Shown: piece by piece, positions 53,803 through 64,000 of the stretch
Layout of the letters: every line of letters begins with the position of its first letter
Numbering within the stretch: the first letter of the stretch is position 1
Assembly: GCA_045599105.1 (NCBI GenBank)
Contig: JAZRVL010000014.1
Coordinates: forward strand, 10,807 to 74,806
Direction: 5' to 3'
Source of the DNA: Kiritimatiellia bacterium
GTDB taxonomy: Bacteria; Verrucomicrobiota; Kiritimatiellia; RFP12; UBA1067
DNA: 64,000 nucleotides
The notes under the pieces: model-generated
The model's input: the letters and a program-made list of their open reading frames with translations, nothing else
Told to the model about the DNA's origin: nothing
The model's database searches: none
Program-made: the position numbers and the translations under genes

Positions 53803-56800
53803 TATCCGCGATCAACTGAGGATCACCGAGATCCGACTCGTCGTCCTCTGTATCCTCGCCCGGAATACCCGACGATGGAATACCATAGAGCTCTTCATGA
53901 CGCTTACGCTGATCCTCACGAAGCTTGTCCATCTCGTCGTCCGAAATGGTCTCGCAAAGCGGAACGAGCTTGATGTAGCGATGCATTGGAAATCCTGTAC
54001 CACCAGGAATGAGGTGGCCGAGAATGACATTCTCCTTAAAGCCTCTGAGTTCATCCACCCGACCCATTGTTGCCGCCTCAGTAAGAACTCGAGTAGTATC
54101 TTGGAAGGATGCCGCCGAAATAAAGGAATCCGTTTCCAACGCTGCCTTAGTGATACCGAGGAGCGCGGGCTGTGCTTCCGCTGGACGACGACCTTCATTC
54201 ATCATCTCTTCGTTGACTCGAAGGAACGTCTGACGCGTAACTTGTTCACCCCAAAGGAAGTCTGTATCACCAGGATTGGTGATACGAACCTTGCGGAGCA
54301 TCTGACGAACGATAATTTCAATGTGCTTATCATTAATCTCAACGCCCTGAAGACGATAGACTTGCTGAACCTCATTTACGAGATACTTTTCAAGTTCCTG
54401 CGGACCCGAAACCTCAAGGATTTCCTGCGGAATAACTGGTCCTTCTGTAAGCTGTTGACCCTTCTTTACGCGATCGCCCTTGAATACGACAATCTGCTTA
54501 CCCATAGGAATAAGATGTTCCTCTACAAGTCCCGTAACATCATCAACCACCTTAATGCAGCGCTTACCACGAACATTCTCGCCAAAGTCAATGACACCCT
54601 CAATCTTTGCGATTTCTGCAGCATCCTTGGGCTGACGAGCTTCGAAAAGCTCTGCCACACGTGGCAAACCACCAGTAATATCACGAGTCTTTGCAGCTTC
54701 ACGAGGAGTTTTTGCGAGCAACATACCCGCAGTCGCCTTCATACCGTCACGCACCATCACGATAGCGCCTGTCGGGACGTCGTGCGAGTCAAGCATCTTG
54801 CCCGATTCATCACGAATCTCAATACGTGGATGAAGGTTGGATTCAGAAGTTGGGAGTACCACCAACGTCTTGGCGCCAGTCTGACGATCAGTTTCGGTCT
54901 TTACCGAGACATCTTCTTCGAAGTCAGCAAACACAATCTTACCCTTCGACTCCGAAAGAACTGGCACTGAGTGCGGATCCCAAACTGCGACCTTCTGCCC
55001 TTTACGAACATCGGCCCCATCCTCCACAAGCAAGGTTGTACCCATTTGCAATTGGTAAGTGTCCAGCTTGTTTCCACTCTTGGTCCAAATTTCCAATGTA
55101 CCATTCTTATTAAGTACGACTTCCTTGCCTTCATCGTTACGCACTTTTCTCACGTCAACAAACTTAGCTACGCCATCGTTCTTAAGCACAATCTCTGGCA
55201 CCTTGGCAGTCGCCGACGCCGTACCACCGATGTGGAACGTACGCATCGTAAGCTGAGTACCCGGCTCACCAATGGACTGCGCCGCGATAATACCCACCGC
55301 CGTGCCGATTTCAACTTGTTTGCCAGTTGAAAGATCACGACCATAGCACTTCGCGCACATACCATGCTCGGCATCGCAAGTAAGACCCGAGCGAATCCAA
55401 ACTTTTTCAATACCACAAGCATTGATTCTCGCAGCTGATTCCTCGTCAATGATCTCATTGGCAGGAACAATTGTCTCTCCACTCTTGGGATCTTGAATTG
55501 GATAAAGCGCAGTACGACCAAGTACACGATCACCCAAAGTAATCTTGACTTCGTCGCCTTCAATGATTGCCTCTACTTCAATGCCGTTGACCGTATTGCA
55601 ATCTTCTTGCGTAATAATCACATCTTGCGAGACATCAACAAGCTTACGAGTAAGGTATCCTGCGTCTGCCGTCTTAAGCGCCGTATCCGCAAGACCCTTG
55701 CGCGCACCGTGCGAAGAAATGAAGTATTCCAACACCGAAAGCCCCTCACGGAACGAAGCGGTAATTGGGCGTTCAATAATATCGCCAGAGGGATTCGCCA
55801 TAAGTCCACGCATACCTGCGAGCTGACGAATCTGAAGTTTAGATCCACGCGCCTTCGAATCGACGAACATATAGACTGGGTTAAGCTCCGTCGGGTTCTT
55901 GCACTCTGGCGAAATGTTGCGGTCAATAGTCTTATAAAGCTCATCGCCGACCTTTTCCGTCGTCGTTGACCAAATATCGACAATCTTGTTGTGACGCTCG
56001 CCATCGGTAATGATACCTTGCTGGAACTGCGCTTGAACCTTATCGGCTTCCGCACGCGCCTTCTTGATTTCCACATCCTTGTCCGCTGGACGAATCATAT
56101 CCTTAAGACCCATCGACGCGCCCGAAACTGTAGCAAAGCGATAGCCAAGTGATTTAAGCTCGTCAACCGCCTTCACTGTAACATCGTGTCCTGCGACCTT
56201 GTGGCAATCAAGAATCAAATTGCCAATCGTGGACTTCGAGCATTTATCATTCCAAAATCCCATCTCCTTCGGCCAAACACTATTAAAAATTACGCGACCC
56301 GCAGTAGTTTCAAGCGTATGCTTGGTGGTATTACCATGCGGACGGCCCGTTGTTCCGAAATCTGGATTGCGCAAACGAATGCGCGTATGATAATCAATTG
56401 CGCCTTCTGCGAGACCAAACTCAACTTCCGACACATCATTAAAGAGCGGCAAGTGCTCATCTGACATGTCGGTTTTTCCTGCAATTTTACCCGCAAGCTT
56501 ATCTTGTTGCGAAGGAACCGTAAGGAAGTAAAGTCCCAAGCAAACATCCTGAGTAGGAGTTACAATTGACTTACCCGAAGCAGGGCTGAAAATCGAGGTT
56601 GTTGCAAGCATCATGAGCTTAGACTCAAGCTGTGCTTCCATCGAAAGTGGGACATGCACTGCCATCTGGTCGCCATCGAAGTCAGCGTTAAATGGAGTAC
56701 AAACCATTGGATGAAGACGAATTGCCTTGCCCTCAACGAGTACTGGTTCAAACGCCTGAATTGAAAGCCGGTGCAGGGTTGGTGCACGGTTAAGAAATAC

Positions 56801-58069
56801 CGTCTTATCCTTGATGACCTCATCAAGAATACCCCAAATCTGCTCATCGTGACGTTCAATCATCTTGCGCGCCGTCCGAACTGTATGGCAAATACCACGA
56901 TCTTTGAGAACGCGAATAATGAACGGCTCAAAGAGACGTAGCGCCATTTCTTTTGGAAGCCCGCACTGTGGGAATTTAAGTTCAGGTCCTACGACAATTA
57001 CCGAACGACCCGAATAGTCAACACGCTTACCGAGGAGGTTTTGGCGGAAGCGACCTGTCTTTCCTTTCAAAATCTCAGAAAGCGACTTAAGCGGACGATT
57101 GCCCTGACCGGTGACTGCACGACCATGGCGACCATTATCAAAGACCGCATCCACTGCCTCTTGAAGCATGCGCTTCTCGTTGCGAATAATGACATCTGGA
57201 GTCTTAAGCGCCAAGAGATTGCGCAAACGATTGTTGCGATTAATGACTCGACGATAAAGATCGTTTAAATCACTCGTCGCAAAGCGTCCACCTTCAAGCG
57301 GAACAAGCGGACGAAGTTCTGGCGGGATGACTGGAAGCACATCCAAGACCATCCACTCAGGTTTGGAATTCGAAACGCGGAATCCTTCCACGACCTTCAT
57401 GCGCTTAGCGATTTTCTTACGCGTCTGTTTGGAACGAGTGTTTTCCATCTCGTCCTCGAGCTCCTTCATAAGCGCTTTAAGATCAATCTTGCGCAAAAGC
57501 TTTCTCACCGCTTCAGCACCCATCTCCGCCTTGAAGCCGTCTTGATACTTCTCTTGAGCATCAATATACTCTTGCTCGTTAAGGATTTGACCTTCTTTAA
57601 GTGGCGTATCGCCTGGTTCAACTACAAGCCAGTTCTGATAATAAAGCACGCCCTCAAGCTCTGCAGTCGTTTTATCCAACAACAGTCCCATCCGTGAAGG
57701 CGAGCACTTAAAGAACCAAATGTGGCTCACTGGGACTGCAAGCTCGATATGCCCCATTCGCTGACGACGAACGCTTGAAAGCGTAACTTCAACGCCGCAA
57801 CGATCGCAAATCATACCCTTGTTCTTAATGCGCTTATACTTACCGCAAGCACATTCCCAATCCTTGGTCGGGCCAAAGATCTTTTCACAAAACAGACCAT
57901 CCTTCTCTGGACGATAGGTACGATAGTTGATCGTTTCAGGATTTTTAACTTCACCATGCGACCAACCACGAATCGTTTCTGGGGAAGCGAGCTGGACCTT
58001 AACTGCGTCGTAATGCGCCGAAGCGTTGAACGAACCGCCAAAGATATCAGAAGTATTGTAAGGATTCAT
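53759..58069 (-). CDS. rpoC: DNA-directed RNA polymerase subunit beta'
   Basis: 1436 aa; zinc finger CACGKYK...CDRCGVEV; catalytic [14 protein letters not shown]; acidic C-terminal tail. Confidence 0.95.
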   Translation of the reverse strand: MNPYNTSDIFGGSFNASAHYDAVKVQLASPETIRGWSHGEVKNPETINYRTYRPEKDGLFCEKIFGPTKDWECACGKYKRIKNKGMICDRCGVEVTLSSVRRQRMGHIELAVPVSHIWFFKCSPSRMGLLLDKTTAELEGVLYYQNWLVVEPGDTPLKEGQILNEQEYIDAQEKYQDGFKAEMGAEAVRKLLRKIDLKALMKELEDEMENTRSKQTRKKIAKRMKVVEGFRVSNSKPEWMVLDVLPVIPPELRPLVPLEGGRFATSDLNDLYRRVINRNNRLRNLLALKTPDVIIRNEKRMLQEAVDAVFDNGRHGRAVTGQGNRPLKSLSEILKGKTGRFRQNLLGKRVDYSGRSVIVVGPELKFPQCGLPKEMALRLFEPFIIRVLKDRGICHTVRTARKMIERHDEQIWGILDEVIKDKTVFLNRAPTLHRLSIQAFEPVLVEGKAIRLHPMVCTPFNADFDGDQMAVHVPLSMEAQLESKLMMLATTSIFSPASGKSIVTPTQDVCLGLYFLTVPSQQDKLAGKIAGKTDMSDEHLPLFNDVSEVEFGLAEGAIDYHTRIRLRNPDFGTTGRPHGNTTKHTLETTAGRVIFNSVWPKEMGFWNDKCSKSTIGNLILDCHKVAGHDVTVKAVDELKSLGYRFATVSGASMGLKDMIRPADKDVEIKKARAEADKVQAQFQQGIITDGERHNKIVDIWSTTTEKVGDELYKTIDRNISPECKNPTELNPVYMFVDSKARGSKLQIRQLAGMRGLMANPSGDIIERPITASFREGLSVLEYFISSHGARKGLADTALKTADAGYLTRKLVDVSQDVIITQEDCNTVNGIEVEAIIEGDEVKITLGDRVLGRTALYPIQDPKSGETIVPANEIIDEESAARINACGIEKVWIRSGLTCDAEHGMCAKCYGRDLSTGKQVEIGTAVGIIAAQSIGEPGTQLTMRTFHIGGTASATAKVPEIVLKNDGVAKFVDVRKVRNDEGKEVVLNKNGTLEIWTKSGNKLDTYQLQMGTTLLVEDGADVRKGQKVAVWDPHSVPVLSESKGKIVFADFEEDVSVKTETDRQTGAKTLVVLPTSESNLHPRIEIRDESGKMLDSHDVPTGAIVMVRDGMKATAGMLLAKTPREAAKTRDITGGLPRVAELFEARQPKDAAEIAKIEGVIDFGENVRGKRCIKVVDDVTGLVEEHLIPMGKQIVVFKGDRVKKGQQLTEGPVIPQEILEVSGPQELEKYLVNEVQQVYRLQGVEINDKHIEIIVRQMLRKVRITNPGDTDFLWGEQVTRQTFLRVNEEMMNEGRRPAEAQPALLGITKAALETDSFISAASFQDTTRVLTEAATMGRVDELRGFKENVILGHLIPGGTGFPMHRYIKLVPLCETISDDEMDKLREDQRKRHEELYGIPSSGIPGEDTEDDESDLGDPQLIADNGDTSADGDDLSED

Positions 58070-58089
58070 TGTTTAATTTCCTTTTAAAA

Positions 58090-62013
<3,924 letters not shown>

Positions 62014-62126
62014 TATGCTTACCTCTTTTGTGGTTTAGAAATTTACTTAAAGCTACGCCATAAAGATGCCTGAAGTGTGGTAAGCAGCCACTTTGTTAAC
62101 TGTACACCTTTTAAGCGATTTCAGAT

Positions 62127-62135
62127 AATTATATC
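62127..62135 (-). promoter_or_regulatory. Extended -10 TGATATAAT (minus strand) ~105 nt upstream of rpoB
   Basis: Reverse complement of ATTATATCA at 62127-62135. Confidence 0.4.
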
Positions 62136-62385
62136 ATAATTGCCCTTCGTCCTGCAAGAGGATATTTATCGAACCAAGATAGTTATCTGCTTGGAGGTTA
62201 GGCACACTTTTAAGTATGTATATTACCATATTCTACGTCTTCATTGTGATAAAAATTGTTCGCTTATTTTGCTCGCGTATTTTTTACTTCTTAATTTTTA
62301 AGAGTTTTGCTACAATCCTTGGGGTCTTGAGCCGAAATCCTGGGGACACCTACGGGAAATGCTGGGGGTCTCGGGATGGAAGATT

Positions 62386-62462
62386 TGGTGGAGACTGAGG
62401 GACTCGAACCCCCGACCCGCTGCGTGTAAAGCAGCTGCTCTAACCAACTGAGCTAAGTCTCC
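62386..62462 (-). tRNA. tRNA-Val (anticodon TAC), CCA encoded
   Basis: Reverse complement gives GGAGACT-TA-GCTC..GAGC-A-GCTGC-TTTACAC-GCAGC-GGGTC-GGGGG-TTCGAGT-CCCTC-AGTCTCC-ACCA. Confidence 0.8.
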
Positions 62463-63736
62463 TAATCTAATTTCCTTTTGATGACGCGTTTTGCCTTGCC
62501 TTCTGTGCGCGGTAGCGCTCCAACAGGAAAAACATCACCTTTGGGAAGAAATCCTAATCTTTCGCGAAGGTGTTTAGCGACCGTATGTCCAGTTACGCTC
62601 GCATCCGCCTCCACATTCACCGTCACTTCGGTGATTCCGTCTTTCTCTTCCAGGATAATCTGATACTCGTCCTTGACTCCTGGAATCTCCTTTAACGCCT
62701 CTTCAACTTGACGCGGATAGAAATTAACGCCCTTGACAATGAGCATATCGTCCGTCCGTCCAGTTATTCGATCAATCCTAAGTGATGTACGCGTGCACGC
62801 ACATTTCTCGCGCGAAAGAATCCGCGTAATATCATGTGTACGATACCTAATAATTGGCATCGCCTCCCGCGTAAGCGAGGTAAATACAACTTCACCAAAC
62901 TCTCCATCTGGCACTACCTCGCCCGTCTTAGGATCAATAATTTCCGTGATATACTGATCCTCCCACACGTGAATCCCAGCATGCGCCTTGCAATCCTGAC
63001 CTGTAGTGCCAATTCCGCCAGTCTCGGTCATTCCGTAAATATCAAAGCATTCAATCCCAAGGCGCTTTTCAATCCGCTTACGCGTTTCGTCCGAAAAAGT
63101 TTCCGACCCAAAAATACCTACTTTTAAGTCAGGTAAATCCTTTTCCTCACCCTTATCCAACACCTCAATCAGTCGAGGCACATACGAAACCACCGAAACG
63201 AAGCCCTTCGCCTTAAAGTCGCGCAAAAGCCGAATCTGGCGCTCGGTATTGCCACTTGAAGCAGGAATGGTAAATAGCTGCGCTTTTCTCGCACCATGAT
63301 AGCAGCCAAAGCCACCATTAAAAAGCCCAAATGTCGGCATAATCTGCACGGCGTCGCCCTTCTCCAAACCCGCCATCGCGTAGCATCTTGCCATGCACTC
63401 CGCCCACTGTAAAAGATCATTTTTCGTATACGCCATCACTACGGGCGTACCCGTCGAACCCGATGACATGTGAAACTCCATCAAGTCCTTGCGATCAACG
63501 CAGTTCATCTTGAGCGGATACGCTTGACGGAAATCTTCTTTCGTGAAAAATGGTAGCTTCGCCAAATCATCCAACGACTTAACATCCTCTGGCGAGCTCA
63601 CGCCACCCTTTTTAAGCCGTTCACGATAAAAATCATTGGTCCAAGCTCGAGCAAGCGACTTTTTCAAGCCCGCAAGCTGAATATTTGCATATTCATCACG
63701 CGAAAGCGTCTCAGCTGCTCGATTCCACATCGCCAT
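62462..63736 (-). CDS. paaK: Phenylacetate--CoA ligase family adenylate-forming enzyme (PaaK-like)
   Basis: 424 aa; ...HMSSGSTGTPVV... AMP-binding motif; PaaK-type N-terminus. Confidence 0.8.
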   Translation of the reverse strand: MAMWNRAAETLSRDEYANIQLAGLKKSLARAWTNDFYRERLKKGGVSSPEDVKSLDDLAKLPFFTKEDFRQAYPLKMNCVDRKDLMEFHMSSGSTGTPVVMAYTKNDLLQWAECMARCYAMAGLEKGDAVQIMPTFGLFNGGFGCYHGARKAQLFTIPASSGNTERQIRLLRDFKAKGFVSVVSYVPRLIEVLDKGEEKDLPDLKVGIFGSETFSDETRKRIEKRLGIECFDIYGMTETGGIGTTGQDCKAHAGIHVWEDQYITEIIDPKTGEVVPDGEFGEVVFTSLTREAMPIIRYRTHDITRILSREKCACTRTSLRIDRITGRTDDMLIVKGVNFYPRQVEEALKEIPGVKDEYQIILEEKDGITEVTVNVEADASVTGHTVAKHLRERLGFLPKGDVFPVGALPRTEGKAKRVIKRKLD

Positions 63737-63738
63737 CG

Positions 63739-64000
63739 TTACTTCGCCGCCTCTCTTCCCGCTATGAACGCCTTGCGATTAATCTCCAAAAGCTTGGCCT
63801 TGGGTCCCGAGAGAATCTCCGCCATTGCCGAAAACCAATCCTGTTCTTTAAACGGCATCAGCGTCGAAAGCGCACCTGCAATAACCATATTCATAGTGCG
63901 CGCATTGCCGACATCCTGCTCAGCAATCTTCATCGCATCCACTAATACCAAACGCTTAAAAGAACTTTTTACCCGACCATCCAAATCTGGGACCATTGCC
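63739..64000 (-). CDS. iorB: Indolepyruvate/2-oxoacid:ferredoxin oxidoreductase beta/gamma-type subunit, C-terminal part (gene continues beyond the window)
   Basis: C-terminus ...NMVIAGALSTLMPF... typical of the POR gamma/IorB family; the paaK-adjacent arrangement is common in anaerobes. Confidence 0.5.
   Translation of the reverse strand, partial: AMVPDLDGRVKSSFKRLVLVDAMKIAEQDVGNARTMNMVIAGALSTLMPFKEQDWFSAMAEILSGPKAKLLEINRKAFIAGREAAK

Noticed and set aside
53897-54970. 357-aa ORF on the + strand
   Set aside because: It lies entirely antisense within rpoC, which is unambiguously a real, highly conserved gene. It is a low-complexity shadow ORF typical of long genes

Overview
This 64-kb window reads as a chromosomal segment from a Gram-negative, probably anaerobic, bacterium at roughly 50% GC. 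It is gene-dense, mostly housekeeping, with the same-strand blocks and 1-4 nt stop/start overlaps typical of operons. I recognise the following from the protein sequences.

- **Upstream block (+ strand):** the C-terminus of fhs, a CorC/HlyC-type CBS transporter followed by a DUF21-only partner, hisS, a YmdB-like phosphoesterase, and a CCA-adding enzyme carrying an extra C-terminal HAD domain.
- **Uncharacterised pair:** a two-gene module encoding an IscU/NifU-like protein and a GGGtGRT-motif protein.
- **Efflux operon:** tRNA-Met(CAU), then a TolC-MacA-MacB(ATPase)-MacB(permease) operon.
- **Glycan/LPS-type locus:** a standalone IMP-cyclohydrolase domain, a GT4 glycosyltransferase, a DegT aminotransferase, a GT8 glycosyltransferase fused to an LpxL-like acyltransferase, and a sulfatase-family membrane protein.
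- **Central block:** two tandem FadL/TodX-type outer-membrane paralogs, then purC-ybaB-recR-ettA-holA(?), serC-serA-asd, a compact SMC and tRNA-Arg(CCU).
- **Minus-strand block:** def-dut-ppiD-like, a galK/MFS sugar transporter/PFK cluster, orphan parB, pssA-psd, infC, a second DegT gene, rpoC-rpoB, tRNA-Val(UAC), and paaK-iorB at the window edge.

Three things stand out as unusual:

- **Two iteron-like tandem arrays.** Two separate intergenic regions each hold exactly seven tandem copies of a 22-23 bp unit built on a perfect 10-bp palindrome (GTTATATAAC and CATAGCTATG).
- **Leaderless-type promoters.** An extended -10 element (TGnTATAAT, usually TGGTATAAT) recurs 8-10 nt upstream of ATG start codons, which implies leaderless or near-leaderless mRNAs.
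- **The NifU-like/GGGtGRT module**, which has no assigned function.

I see no CRISPR array, integrase or transposase.
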